DNA from: the human T2T-CHM13v2.0 reference genome, Homo sapiens
Assembly (NCBI RefSeq): GCF_009914755.1
Contig: NC_060940.1
Strand: one strand, 5' to 3'
Length of the DNA stretch: 64,000 nucleotides
Shown here one piece after another: positions 41,600-56,859 of the stretch. The notes beneath the pieces were generated by a model. It searched no databases and was not told where the DNA came from. It saw only the letters and a list, made by a program, of their open reading frames with translations. Every line of letters starts with the position of its first letter. Position 1 is the first letter of the stretch. Position numbers and translations under genes: made by a program.

Positions 41600-43840
41600 A
41601 TAGATGTTGGTCAGCTTTTCTCGCCAGCCATCCCAGTGCTTGGATCCACATGCAAACTGCCCTGGGTGGCAGGGATGGAGGCCATGCATGGCTTCAACAA
41701 CATGGACTTTCCCCGACCAAGGCTAACCAGGTGCCAAATCTGCCAGCAGCAGAGACCAACACTGAAGCTCACCATTGCATCATTCCCTGGGGAGACCAGC
41801 CAACCACCAGTGGCAGAATGACCCCTTCCATCACAGGAAACCTGAGGAATCGTTGGACCCCTTCCATCACAGCAGGGGCAGAGATTCATCCTCACTGAAA
41901 CAGACACATGTTCTGTATGTAGGTTCATCTTCTATCTCCGTAATGCTTTTGCTAGCACCACCATTTATGAATTCAAGGAATGCTTTATTCAGTGTCACAA
42001 CATTGCCCCTACATTGCTCCTGAACAAGAAATGCCTCTCACAAAACATAAATGCATCATTTGGCTCAGACTCATGGAATTCACTGGCTCTGCCACACACT
42101 CAATCATCTAGGAGGAGCTGGCCTAACAGAATGGAGGAATAGTCTACTGAAGGCTTCATTACAAAGCCTTTGAGGAGACAGCACCCAGAAAGGATGGAGT
42201 TCTAGCTACAGGATGCAATCTGTGCTTTGATTCAGCAGCCAATTTCTCATGCTGCTTATCCTACAGCCAGATTACATTGGAGGGGGCAAGCAAGATGGCC
42301 AATGGAAGCCTGCACCATTCGCCCTTCCCATACCCCCACGAGAACACCAAATTTTAAAAACTAACCACAAACAAAAAGCACCATCACAAGAATCAAAAAT
42401 CAGGTGAGTCATCACAGTACCTGGTTTTAACTTCGGATTATGTGGGGCCAGGAATCAAAGGGTGGAAGTGGGTTTGGCTCCTCTCACTATGACATCCAAT
42501 GACCCACTTGGGAGGATTTTTTTTTGCTTCCCATCCTGGCAACTTTAAGCTCTGCTGCTTTGGAGATCTTAGTCCTAAAGGGGGAAATGCTTGCACCAGG
42601 GGACACAAGAATGATTCCATTGAATTAGAAGATGAAATTACCACCCAAACATTTTTGACTTCCATGGAGGCCAAAGCAGTTCCACCTTGGATGCTAATTA
42701 ACCATGTTAACTTCTGATTAATTGCAGTTCCCAAAAGGCCTCTAAGATTTCCAGTTTATCTCTTGTTCCTTATGTAACAGCATGCGGTTACTATAAATTC
42801 TAGCCTTAGGTCAAAAAACCTTGATGCTCTCATACCTCAGTTGTCCTGCCTGTCCCTTCTGAACCACCCTTTCCCTATGGTACAGAAGCCCTGCGTCTGG
42901 GGCAGTAACGGCGCAGGGATCCACCATCTTGTGTCGCCACTGCCCAAGACACAGACATGGCTTCTTTTCATAAGTCCCTATTAAATGTTTCTTTCTAAGA
43001 AACTGAATTGTTAAGCCTTTTCCTTCAGCCTTTCAGCTCCCTCAGACTTTGGGGGCGGGTTTACATAGACCTGCCCATCACGGACCAAATTCTTATGCTA
43101 CTGAACTAATGAGCATGCACCTCTACTGGCTGGGGAGTAGCCAGGATGCACCTCTACTGGCTAGGGAGATTGAAACCAGTCATTAGGAGGAAATAGGGTT
43201 GCTATGACACCATAAGAGCAAGAAGGCTTGTGTCTGGACCAGAGGTCTCTGGAGTCCCTCTCAGTACTTCCATGGAAAGCTACAATCACCACACACACAC
43301 ACAAAAAGACAGGATCATTGAGAAGCCCAATCCTTCAGGAATGAAAGCTTGGATTTCACTGCTGGGTAATGAACCCTTCCAGCTGAGGTCTTGGCTGAGA
43401 ACAAACATAGCACAGGCCAGGTGTAGAAGAAACTCATAATATCAACTGCATACTTGTGACCAGTTATAGAAGCAAGGATTGTAGCAACTGTGAATAACTT
43501 CTTTTCTCAAGGAGTGTGTGTGTGTGTGTGTGCGTGTGTACTAAGTGTGCTAATTTTTTCCCCCAATATCTTACACAAGTCTTGGTAGTAGCAGTTAAAT
43601 TTACAGTTTAGTCACCAAGCGTTAGAATATTCTGCTGAGACAATGACTGATTTGGGAAGGTAATCAGCTTACGATGACTATTGAGACTTTCAGTCTTCTT
43701 ACTGTGGGCAGAGGGTGAGAGTGTCTTCACTTGAATGAAAGATAGCTGTATATTGTTAGGTGGAAGGCTAGAGTTGTGATCTTGGCTGAAATTCAGATAT
43801 GCATAGAAGAGTGTGGATGAAGACTGAGTAGCTAATGAGT
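41600..43840 (+). mobile_element. ERVL internal remnant (integrase and dUTPase-like region) with nested insertions
   Basis: GGRDGGHAWLQQHG, CQICQQQRPTL and IPWGDQP match ERVL integrase; L1 5' piece at about 42279-42435 and MER39/MER34-like LTR at about 42690-43088 inside. Confidence 0.75.
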
Positions 43841-43844
43841 GGAT

Positions 43845-44630
43845 TGTGCCAGTTTTTGAACTATTTCAGCTTCAAACCCACACATCCATGCTCCACTTGG
43901 TAGTGCACCCGTATTTGCCCTTCACAGCTGCTCCCATGAGACTCTACACTGAGAAAATCAGGAGGCTGGAAAAGGAAGTTTTTTCTTATGGTTACTTCCT
44001 ATTCTCTCATCACTGTCACCCCCAGCAATGCTCTTTTGCCTCAGCAGTGATAGTTTATTCCAGAAACAGCAGTTGATCACAATTTGCAGTGTTTTCAATA
44101 CCCACGGGACCAGCCTAATTGAACCCTCTCAACGTCACCAAAACCAGCATCAAATTATTCCTTCCTTGGAGGTCTGAAGTTTCTACTCTGTGGGGCCTCT
44201 TCTCCAAACTTTTAAGTTTTAATAATTCCAATCTTTTCTCTTTGTTCTTTCTGCCCTAGAGATAGCTTCCTGCAGTATATTCCTTCATGATATCTTACTG
44301 TTTTCTTATTTCTTTTCAGGGCTTCAATATGTCACTGTCACTTCCTATATCCAATAAGGAGTCAGTAAACTTTTTCTGTAAAGGGGCAGATAGTAAATAT
44401 TTAGGACCTGCAGGTCACACAGTCTCTCTGTTGCAACTACTCTGCTCTGCCATTTTAGCACAGAATCAACCATAAACAGTGCTTAAATGTAGGGTTGTAG
44501 CTATGTTCCCATAAAACTTCATTTACAAAAAAATAGGCCATGGACTAGATTTGGCCTACCTCTATTAAATTATTCATGTTAAAATAACCGGTATGGTATT
44601 CTGTCTCCTGACTGAATCCTGACCGACACA
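43845..44630 (+). mobile_element. ERVL LTR (LTR40-like) with MER58 insertion
   Basis: Follows the ERVL internal region; ends ctgtctcctgactgaatcctgaccgacaca. Confidence 0.55.
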
Positions 44631-46425
44631 GTGGACATGAGTCTGAAAGCCTGGCCAATTAGATTGCCACATCCTAACGATGGATTCTGAGCCGGGTCCT
44701 GATCCCAAATTAGAACAATCAAGGCCAATAGAGACTTCAATGAGGGATAGTTGTTGCTGGTGCCTGAGAAAAGGTGTTCTTACCCACTATACTCAAAGCT
44801 AAACAGATAAGTTTTCATGGAGCTGCTAACAGTCATTCTGCCACCACGAGGGAATAGTCTATCTGAAAATAGAATCAATATATATAAAAGTTCAGTGAAG
44901 AGCACAAGACTTTGTTCTAATGAGATCACTGAACCCCTAGATCAAGCCATGCCTGAAGCCCATTGTTTAAATTATAAGAGCCAATAAATTACAATTTTAA
45001 GCATTTTGACTTCAATTTCTATTACTTGGAATTGAAGGAGTTCTAACTAATATAGAAGCACACAAATAGATATGAAAACACAGGGGACAAAATCTCTTAG
45101 ATTACTAGCATTTATGCTTTTAACAAATATACATGAAGTGCCTATGTTTGCCAGATACTCTGCAGAGATAAAAGGATCAGCCCTGCCCTCAGCAAATAAT
45201 GGATCATTTTAGAAAAATGCCGCTCAAGCCTTCCAACATGTTGCATTTTTACAACAAGAAAATTAATCAAGTCCCTGATAACTCTGTGTTCCTGGCACAC
45301 CAGCTCTAGACTGCCTGCCTCTGGACTTCTTTGTGTTTGTTTAGGCCACTTTGTAAACCGCTTAATTCGCTTAATTAAAATATATGTATGTATTTTTTAA
45401 TCAAAGCTTGAACTTTTAGATACTCTATCCCTAAAGACTACAACTCTCAATCCATAAACTAGTGTTTCAGAAACCAAAGCTTTCTTATTTTCTATAACTC
45501 TGTTTAATTTCTATGTCAAGTCCCATTCCTACGGTCTGAAGGATTCAGGTGCTTCTCTGCCCCCTCGCATGGCTGTGATAAGGTTCTATTGGTTTTACAT
45601 TGTCCCATTGCATCAAGGAGGATGAAGGGCACATGGTGTCTGGTCCATGATAACTGAGCCACTGAGCACACATGAACCTCATCCTGCTTCTGTCCCCTAT
45701 CCTCTCCAGACCTTTGACAGGCACTGCTAGTGTCTCCAAGTATTCATCTCCCCTTCCTCCTTAGTAACACAACTCCATTACAAAATGGCTAAACTTCTCA
45801 GTCTCTGTTTCAGCTAGATAAGGCCATATGACTAAGTTCTGCCTAGTGACATTCAAATAAATATGTTACAGGTGACTTCTGAGGTAGATCTTTCAAAAGG
45901 AGTTGCTTGGGCTGGGAAAAGCTCCCTTTCAACCTTCGTGCTGAAAAGAATGCAGATGTGATGGCTGGTGCACTGGTAGCTGTATGGGACTATGAGGTGA
46001 CCTTGATCTTCGAAGCCATAAAGTGAGGATGGAGATACAAAGAGCCAGAAGTCCCTGATAACTTTGTGTTCCTGGCACACCAGCTCTAGACTGCCTGCCT
46101 CTGGACTTCTTTGTGTTTGTTTAGGCCACTTCGTAAACTGCTTAAGCCACTATTTTATGAAACAGTAGTTTGTTACTTGCAGCCAAATGCAATTTCTGTT
46201 CCAAAATTTGCTAGCTCCCCCTGCTGGTTTGGTGTTAGCCCAGAAGCCTAGGCAGTTTTGCAAGGCCCCCTATTCTAAGTCTAGAGAAAAGACCTCTGTG
46301 CTCAAACCCTAGTCTCATCAATGGGTTTAGGATTTTGAAGAGGGAGGGAGGGAATGAATATGAGTTGGGGACTGCTGCAAACTAATAGCAAACTATTCCT
46401 CGGCTTCCTCTGAAAACATTAATAC

Positions 46426-46621
46426 TTTTTTCTCTTTTAAAAAAAACCCAGCAACAATTTCCGCAGAATAATACTGCAAGGAGTTGTAAGTTTCCATCTA
46501 ATAAACACTGCTAATGAGAAATTCATAATACATGAAAGTAACCCAGAAGGCCATGAAATCAGACACATTCGGAGGAATACCATAAACCTTGTTTTGAAGA
46601 AAAACAGTTGTCAAGTTGATC
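46426..46621 (-). pseudogene. Candidate pseudo-exon, phase 2 start: INLTTVFLQNKVYGIPPNVSDFMAFWVTFMYYEFLISSVY*METYNSLQYYSAEIVAGFFLKEKK
   Basis: Strong acceptor ctttattattttctttacttcaag; one stop in 65 codons; donor position uncertain. Confidence 0.55.
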
Positions 46622-46782
46622 CTTGAAGTAAAGAAAATAATAAAGCAGGGGAACAGGGTGTAAGAACATTAAAATGGATTATCTTCCCCAAAATGGGATA
46701 ATTAAATACGCTAACACACAGAGAACGCTGTCTCTGCCCTGAGGCCTGTGTGCATGATGACTTGTTCTTTGTTTTAGAAAAC

Positions 46783-46905
46783 CTGTGATTGTTTGGGAGT
46801 GTTTTAAATGATTAAGAAGCAGAGATGTGTCCGATAGCAAATGAAGCAACAACAGCTTCATATTTTATTGTGAACTGGACATGACTTAGAGGTCAGACTG
46901 AGCTT
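46783..46905 (-). pseudogene. Candidate pseudo-exon, 123 nt: ...SHVQFTIKYEAVVASFAIGHISAS*SFKTLPNNH
   Basis: Acceptor ctccctatttcatgttttgattag; weak donor cag|gttttc; phase 2 end fits the 46621 exon. Confidence 0.35.
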
Positions 46906-47221
46906 CTAATCAAAACATGAAATAGGGAGAGAACTTGCAAATCATATTAATTATTAATACTGGAGTGCCTAAGGTTATGAATTCTTCAAGCATTTCAGAA
47001 AATCTGCAGGAATTTTTCAGATAACACTGGGACGCTGTATATTTTTATTTTATTCTCCCTCCTGTCCTTTTAAAGAAATATTTAATGTAGTCCCAGGGTC
47101 AAGATCTTCTAAAGGAAGTAAAATGAATTTGAGTTGTTACTTTATAAACTGCTGCAGGAAACAACAAATAATATAAGCAATTTGTTTTTAAGTAACTGAC
47201 AATGGAATGGTAATTTCCTAC

Positions 47222-47284
47222 CCGTGGCTTTACTCGATGCTGGGTCACTGAACACTGCTACACTGGCATCATGGTTAACTTTGA
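47222..47284 (-). pseudogene. Candidate pseudo-exon, 63 nt, phase 1-1, open: KVNHDASVAVFSDPASSKAT
   Basis: Acceptor ttattgaccttgaatag; donor cgg|gtagga. Confidence 0.45.
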
Positions 47285-48033
47285 CTATTCAAGGTCAATA
47301 AATGAGCACACTTCTTTAGTGAGACCCTATTTTCTATTCCCCTTCATGGCATAATTCTCAAATCAATGATTAAAAAACTCCAGATTTTGCTTTTATATAT
47401 ATCAGCTTTGTGGTAGCATTTTTAAAAGAAAAAAAAAGCAGAGAAGGAAGAAAAAAGTTTGAATCAGTGCTATAGGAATTTTCTCAAGAAGAAAGAAAAA
47501 AAAATTCTCTTTCCAAGGGGATGCATGAGGTTCTCTTCGCTTCGTCTGTCTCCTTTTTTAATAACTGCATCAGCTTGATGTCTAGGATAGGAAATCGTTA
47601 ACATGTTTCAGATGAGGGCATTAAGACCAAAATACTCACATGAAGTCAGATGGGATGGAATGGGGTGAAAATCAGACTCTGCCAGGCTGCAAATGCCATG
47701 CCCTTTCCAGGCTCAGGGTAAGAAATGTCCTTTTACTACACTCCTTTGTGCCTGGTTCAGTAATGCTCAAAACATGGGAGAGAGGGAGGAATAAAAGGAA
47801 AGTCATTTCAGAGGTTAATTTCATTTTTACACTTCAGAAAGTGAAATGAGGAGATTTGACAAGTACCTAATTAATTTGATCTGGGTAAACAGCTCAAATG
47901 GATCTTTTTCATCTAAAAATAACTCCACTATGGGACTTGGCTTAATACAATGGTTCTCAAAATGTGGTCCCCAGACCAGAGTTAGCAGCAGCACCAGCAC
48001 CTAGGAGAACTTGTTAGAAATGCAAATTCCAGA

Positions 48034-48372
48034 CTGGGCAGGGTGGCTCACGCCTGTAATCCCAACACATTGGGAGGCCAAGGTGGGTGGATCACTTGAG
48101 GTCAGGAGTTTGAGACTAGTCTGGCCAAAATTGTTGTAAAAATACAACAATTTTGTATTTTTAGTAGAGACTGTGAAACCCCACCTCTACTAAAAATACA
48201 AAAATTAGCTGGGCATGGTGGCAGGTGCTGTAGTCCCAGCCACTCCGGAGGCTGACGCATGAGAATTGCTTGATCTGGGAGGCAGAAGTTGCAGTGAGCC
48301 GATATCATGCCACTGCACTCCAGCCTGGGCAACAAAATGAGACTCCGTCTCAAAAAAAAAAAAAAAAAAAAA
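48034..48372 (+). mobile_element. AluS with internal inverted insertion
   Basis: Alu consensus interrupted at 48126-48172. Confidence 0.9.
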
Positions 48373-48590
48373 GAGAGAATAAAGCAGATCACAATGCTTG
48401 GATACATACAAGTTCTCCCATCACATTTTTATTCCCAGAGTCAGTTTGCTGTGCATCCCTACTCAAGGCGCTGCTATGGCCTGGGTTCACCCATTCATGT
48501 GCACCATTTTGTTAAAATAAATCATCTGATTTTATGCATTAAATGCAGCATGTGTGTTATTACCCTCACCTAAGTTTGCGTGGCCTCTCA

Positions 48591-48948
<358 letters not shown>

Positions 48949-49276
48949 GATAAAAGATCCTGGCTGTGGCAGCGAGTGTTGTACCCTATTAGGGTAATGA
49001 CAGCTTGCAGCTATCTTCAGAGCTACTATAAATGCCTCTTATTGATATTACTAGCTTAATGCTGAAGCTTAATTCCCTCTTAATAAAAACACTGCAGTTT
49101 TTCACATTAATTACAACAGTGAGTAATGGTTACTATTTGCCTATAAACATTCCACACTTTTAAATAACACAAGATGTCTCCACAACAGTTACGAATTACA
49201 TTTATCAGCTAGTGACAAATCCCAAAAAGATAACAGTGGCTTCAACAAATTAGAGGTTTATTTTTCTCACATATGA

Positions 49277-50324
<1,048 letters not shown>

Positions 50325-50596
50325 TAGTTACTCATTGTTTTTTGATGCTATTAATGTTATTTCTATTTACCATCTAAAATTATCTCATGTATCATAGAAG
50401 ATACATGCTGCATACTTTTTCCATAAGTAAGTGGGTGCATGATGATCACTCTTGAGTCTGCTCGGCTCTGAAACATTTATCTTCCCCTTATTGCACTGTC
50501 ATTCATTCTCCCCAAGGCCACAACCACAATGTGTGCCGGTACTGTATTGTGACATTCTGTACTGAAGGGCTGGGTCAGCTGCAGAAGGAATACTCA

Positions 50597-51046
<450 letters not shown>

Positions 51047-51754
51047 TCAATCTCAGCTCTGCAGCCCTCCCCAAAAACTCATTCTCCAAATCTCTTACAA
51101 ATTTTTACGACCTCCCTGAGAAAAGGGCAATGAGATTCCTCATCTTCTTAAAGGGAAAGACCTCCCCTCCCTGGATACACCTCCCTCTCCCCAACTTGCA
51201 AAGCCCTAAGGCTGAGTCAGTTTGCAACTACTGAAGAGCTTGCTAGTCACCTACTAATTTTCACTTTCTCTCCCCTCTACTAAAAGAACCTCATTTCACG
51301 GAGTAGTGTTACCAGCTAAAGGAGTATTTCCTGGCCTCTTTAATCAATGGGGTTAATCAATGTTCTACACGCAAAAGTTGTTGGCTGGAGTTTCCAGGGA
51401 GTTTATTAAAAAGTCTGAGCCAACTAGGAGATATGCCTTTTTTCTTTCCCCTTTGCCTCCTACTTCCGGTCTGGAAAAACCAATGTGATTGCAGGAGCTC
51501 CAGCAGCCATACTGAGCTATGAGGCACTTTGAATATAAAAGCCTACCTTTTAGTGGAGAAAAAAAAATTATAAGGAGCCTAAGTCTTTGATGATCATGAA
51601 GCCACCCTACCAGCTGTTACCCATCTGTACAAGGAAAATGAACATCTATCTTATGTAAGCCACTCTTATTTTAGTTTTCTTTAATATGCAGCTGAATCTT
51701 ATTATAATTGGTACAGTAATGCCTAGCTTAAAGATTTTATTCCAAATTCACAGA

Positions 51755-51952
51755 CTCAGTTCTCAAACTTTGATGTGGATCAGAGTCACGTGGAGAGCTT
51801 GTTAAAATACAGATTGCTGCGTTCCATCCTCAGAGTTCCTGATTTGGTTGTGCTGAGGTGAAGGCTGAGAATCCACATTTCTGACACAGCCTATGGGTGC
51901 TGATGCTGATGTTGATGCTGATGTTCCGGGGACCACACTTTGAGAACCACTG
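51755..51952. mobile_element. MER5A
   Basis: cagttctcaaactt...gggaccacactttgagaaccactg. Confidence 0.8.
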
Positions 51953-51963
51953 TGCTAGCTCAC

Positions 51964-52487
51964 TGCTAATATATTTGGATAATTTTCTTCTTAGAGACTA
52001 TAAAGAAAACAAGCCACTGGGAACTGAGTCATTCTTTTTTTTCCTTTTGTAAGCCAAGAATTCCTTTCCCAGACATATTGAACTGTACCTTTTGCCTATT
52101 TCTTTTTCTTTTTTGGCAGTGTGCCCCTCCATGTCTGCCATTAGAAGAAACCTTGCTAAGTTGCTAACATGGACTTTTAGTCCTGGCAAAGATCCCTGTA
52201 GTTAATGTAAACCTACAATTTGTGAGCTCTTTATCTTTTCTATTTTCCCTTGATTTTTAATGCCAGGGTTTTCACAGACAATAGCTCGAAATTGTGTTGC
52301 GCAAAAGGGTTTTCTGTTTACAGCTTTAGGTTTTGCTGTTTTATTTTGCACTTGAAGATAGTGTCCTTTTTTGTCCTGTAACATATTATTTGATTCATTA
52401 TCTCTCTAGCAGTTCAGTTCATCCCACTGTCAAACATGAATTTTTTTCTTTAGCATTCTTTCTAATCAGCCCATACACTTTCATCTT
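51964..52487 (-). pseudogene. Candidate large pseudo-exon, about 524 nt, Lys-rich
   Basis: Track ORFs 52202-52384 and 51998-52189 share one frame separated by a single stop; donor gca|gtgagc; non-repeat sequence. Confidence 0.45.
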
Positions 52488-52661
52488 CTGGAGCCCCCAA
52501 AGCAATAGTAATGTCACTGGACAAATTCTTTTGCCACCCAGCATCTGTTTTACTGTATTTTAGAGAAAATATCCTGGTTTCTACTTAAAAATGACCTCCC
52601 CTCACTCAGCCCCAGTGGAACTTGCTACCCAGCCATGGCCAATCAGACCCCATCATCCCTT

Positions 52662-53052
52662 TGTTGGGGGCTAAATTAAGTCCCCCTCCAAAGTCACGTG
52701 TTGACTTCCTAACCACTGAGACGTCAATATGTGACTATATTTGGAGACTGGGTCTTTACATAGGTAATTAATTTTAAATGAGGTCGTTAGAGTGGGTTGT
52801 AAACTGATGACGAGTATCTTTATAAGAAGAAGAGATAAAGACACAGACATACACAGAGGGAGGACTATATGAAGACACAGGGAGAACACGGCCATCCATA
52901 TGTAGAGGAGAGAACGCTCCGGAGAAATCAACCCTGCCTATACCTTTATCTCAGATGTCTAGCCTCCAGAATTGTCAGAAAACAAATTTCTCTTGCTTAG
53001 TTCACCTGGTCTGTGGTTGTTTGCTATGGCAGCCCCAGCAAACTAATAACAC
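52662..53052 (+). mobile_element. MLT1B-like LTR
   Basis: tgtgactatatttggaga...ggcagccccagcaaactaata. Confidence 0.75.
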
Positions 53053-53129
53053 TCCTGGCCCTGGGGTTGGCAGAGTTTTTTCTGTAAAGGGTCAGACGAT
53101 AAATAATTCAGACTTTGTGGGTCACATAG

Positions 53130-53509
53130 AGTATTAGTCCATTTTCACACTGCTATAAAGATACTACCGAGAGTGGATAATTTACAAACAAAGGAGGTTT
53201 AATTGACTCACAGTTCCGCCAGGCTGTAGAGGCCTCAGGAAACTTACAATCATGGCGGAAAGGGAAGCAGGCACATCTTACATGGTGGCAGGTGAGAGAG
53301 AAGAGAAAGTGAAGTGGAAAGACCCCCTTATAAAACCATCAGCTCTTGTAAGAACTTGCTCACTATCATGAGAACAGCATGGGGGAACCACTCCTATGAT
53401 GCAATCACCTCCCTCCTTCTACCCGTGGGGACTACAGGCCCCTCCCTTGACACATGAAGATTACAATTCAAGATGAGATTTGGGTGGGAACACAGAGCCC
53501 AACATATCA
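53130..53509 (-). mobile_element. THE1 solo LTR inside MER58
   Basis: gtattagtccattttcacactgctataaagatactacc...aacatatca. Confidence 0.85.
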
Positions 53510-53934
53510 TATGATCTCTGTTACACCTGCTCACTTCTGCTACTGTAGTGGCAAAGAAACCATAGTCATTACTTTAAATAAATGGGTGTAGCCATGTTTC
53601 AATAAAACTTTATTAACAAAAATAGACAACCTGCCCATAGCCTGTGGTTTGCTGACTCCTGCCCTTATTGATTGGTACAAAACTGAGCATGTGACTCTGT
53701 CCTGGCCAATCAGCATGATTCTATTCCTCTACCCAGAATGATGCAATATGGGTAGCCAACTCAGGTAAGTCCAATTAGGGTGACTCTCAGAACTTGCACC
53801 AAACAAATGGGAAAAGGCATTCTCTTTCCAGTGAACTATAGTTATGAGAATGTGAGGCTGCAGCTGTTGCCTTCAGAATAAAACCCAAAGTCCTTTGCAT
53901 GTCTCCAAGGCATCCCAAAATGCAGGCACATACC

Positions 53935-54936
53935 TGTGGGCGGCAAGCCACCCAGGCGCCGAGGCAAGAGACCGAGGACACGAGCTGTTCCAGTATAATA
54001 AAATGTAAAACAAAAATAGTTATACCAGATAAAGATCTTAGATATGATTATATATGAATATCATTACTCATTAGTTGGTAGCAATTACTCTTTATTCCAA
54101 TATTAATCCTAGCTATATAATCATAACCTAGGAAAAACCAGGCCATACAGAGATAGGAGCTGAGGTGACACAGTGAGAAGTGACCAGAAGACAAGAGTGC
54201 GAGCCTTCTGTTATGCCCAGACAGGGCCACCAGAGGGCTCTTTGGTCTAGTGGTGACGCCAGCGTCAAGGAAGACTGCCCGTTGCCAGGCGGACCGTGGT
54301 CTAGCGGTAGTGAAAAGTGTCAAGAAACAACACCTGCTACTTAGCAGACCGGGAAAGGGAGGCTCCCTTTCCCTGGTGGAGTTTAGAGAAGACTCTGCTC
54401 CTCCACCTCTTGTGGAGGGCCTGACATTAGTCAGGCTTGCCCGCAGTTATCCGGAGGCCTAACCATCTCCCTGTGATGCTGTGCTTCAGTGGTCACGCTC
54501 CTAGTCCGCCTTCATGTTCCATCCTGTACACCTGGCTCTGCCTTCTAGATAGCAGTAGTCAATTAGTAAAAGTACTAAAAGTCTCTGATACGCAGAAATA
54601 ATGGCATAAGCTGTCTTTCTCTCTGTCTCCTCTCCCTCTCTGCCTCGGCTGCCAGGCAGGGAAGGGCCCCTTGTCCAGTGGACACATGACCCACATGACC
54701 TTACCCATCATTGGAGATGATTCACACTCTTTACCCTGCCCCTTTCGCTTTGTATCCAATAAATAACAGCACAGCCAGACATTCAGGGCCACTACTGGTC
54801 TCTGCGCATTGGTGGTAGTGGTCCCCCGGGCCCAGCTGTCTTTTCTTTTATCTCTTTGTCTTGTGTCTTTATCTCTACACTCTCTCGTCGCCACACACGA
54901 GGAGAGACCCACAACCCTGTGGGGCTGGTCCCTACA
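53935..54936 (+). mobile_element. LTR13 (ERVK) solo LTR
   Basis: tgtgggcggcaagccacccagg...ggggctggtccctaca, about 1 kb; perfect 6-bp TSD catacc. Confidence 0.88.
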
Positions 54937-55155
54937 CATACCTGCCATCTTTCATCTTTTTTTTTTTTCACCAGAGAAAAGTGTTCAGCAGATGAACCAC
55001 AAATGCCTTAAGAACAAATGAGTAGTAATCAACAATTTACTTTTAAAGATATCCAAATAAGTGGGCTTGGCTTCTTGCTTGGATCCAGTTAACTAGAGAA
55101 CCGTCAATTTCGCTGTTTGAGCATAACCCAAAACAACATATTATGCTGTGTTTAC

Positions 55156-55198
55156 CTAGCACTGTATATAACAGAAGTTTTAAAAGAATAACAAGACC
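55156..55198 (-). pseudogene. Candidate pseudo-exon, 43 nt, phase 0-1, open: GLVILLKLLLYTVL
   Basis: Acceptor cttatctctcgcattttcctcag; donor tag|gtaaac. Confidence 0.45.
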
Positions 55199-56177
55199 CT
55201 GAGGAAAATGCGAGAGATAAGTCATTTATCCAGATTCTCTGAGAATGCCCAGAAAGAAAGCAGCTTTAAAGGCAATCTGGTCAGTAATAAAGGGCACTGG
55301 GGGATATCTGATTGTTTTCCATCCTAGTGTTATGAGATTTTAATTTAAATCATCAACAAAGAATTCAACCTAGCATCCCAGTAGGGGTCAAACGGAGGCA
55401 AATGCAAGATAATTTCAGTTTTTTAAAAAATTAAAAATTGAAAAGCAGGAATTGTTTTCTTTTCAGACTGATATTTATCAAAATCAGATGTTAAGTTTGC
55501 TCAAGTCAAACACATCTTGATGCTGCCGTTGGCTGGAGCAGACCAAGTGATGCTGCAGTAATAAGCAATGCAAAAATCTCGGGAGCTTTACATAGGTTTA
55601 TTCCTTCCTCCCACAAAGACCTCTGTGAGTCTGGGCAGTTTTCTGGGGAAGCTGCCCTCCGTGCCATGGTTGCTTCCATCTGTGGCACCTCCATTTCAAC
55701 AGATGCTTCACTATGGATGGAGGGAGAAAAAAAAGAAAACATCACAGAGACTCACATGCTGGCCCTTAAATGCTTCCACCTCTGAGTGACATAATGCTTG
55801 TACTCCCATCCTATTGGCCAGAATAGTCACATGGTTTTGTCAACTGCGGGGAGCTGGAAAATGTAGGCTTTTAGGTGGCCCGGAAGAGGGGGATGATGGG
55901 AAATAGTGACAACCACAATGGGATACCATCCATAGATGCCATCAGGAGGGATGAAAGGACAACATAATCCTTGCAAACCAGGGAGAAAAACGTAGAGAGG
56001 AATCAGGGATGCAAACAAGTGAAGGAGAGGAGGCTGAATTCAGCTGCTGCTCAGTTCAGTGGTTCCTCAAAAGGCACCCAGGTACCCAATGCCTGCTCAT
56101 GATACTGTTCACTGCCCTGTGGTGCGAGGGGAAAATGAAACAGGAAGTGGTCATTAGAAAGCTAAGTTGACAGTATA

Positions 56178-56332
56178 GCCAGGCATGGCGGGGTATACCT
56201 CTAATCCCAGATACTCGGGAGGCTGCGGTGGGAAGATCATTTGAGGCCAGCAATTTGAGACCAGCCTGGACAACATAGTGAGATCCTGTAAGAAAGAAGA
56301 GAAAAAAAGGAAGGGAGAGAGAGAGAGAGAGG

Positions 56333-56388
<56 letters not shown>

Positions 56389-56400
56389 AAAAGAAAATAG
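56178..56400 (+). mobile_element. Alu monomer (FLAM-like) with (GA)n tail
   Basis: Left-monomer sequence then GA repeat. Confidence 0.75.
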
Positions 56401-56859
56401 ATAGAGGTTGACATATTACCCTTTATTATTGTTAAGCTGAAAATAACAAATAACCTTCCTACATTTTTTTGGTATTAGAACGTCATTTCTTTTATGAAGT
56501 GATGATGATCATGGTTAGTAGTTGTTTATCTAATGTCCTACCTTGGCAAAATAAGAATTTGGCAGCCACCCATAGTTGTATCCATTGTTTTAAGTTACTG
56601 TCTCAGTCTATAAACTCAAATTCTGGGAGCCACTGACCTAGTTAATGGTTTTGCCTAGAGCTTGCTTTAATTGTATAAGGAAATTTACTTTTTTGAGCAG
56701 CCATGCAGTGATGCTCAGCATATTTCCTCATTCATTCCTTACAACAACGAGGAGGAAGGTATTATTATTCCACATTTACAGATAAGGCAACAGAGACTCA
56801 GAAGACACTGCTCCTGGTTATAATGTCTCCATTGTTCCACTTTTCAGTGGTTTCCTGTA

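Noticed and set aside
48980-49141. AG/GT-bounded unique segment on the minus strand
   Set aside because: Stops in all three frames.
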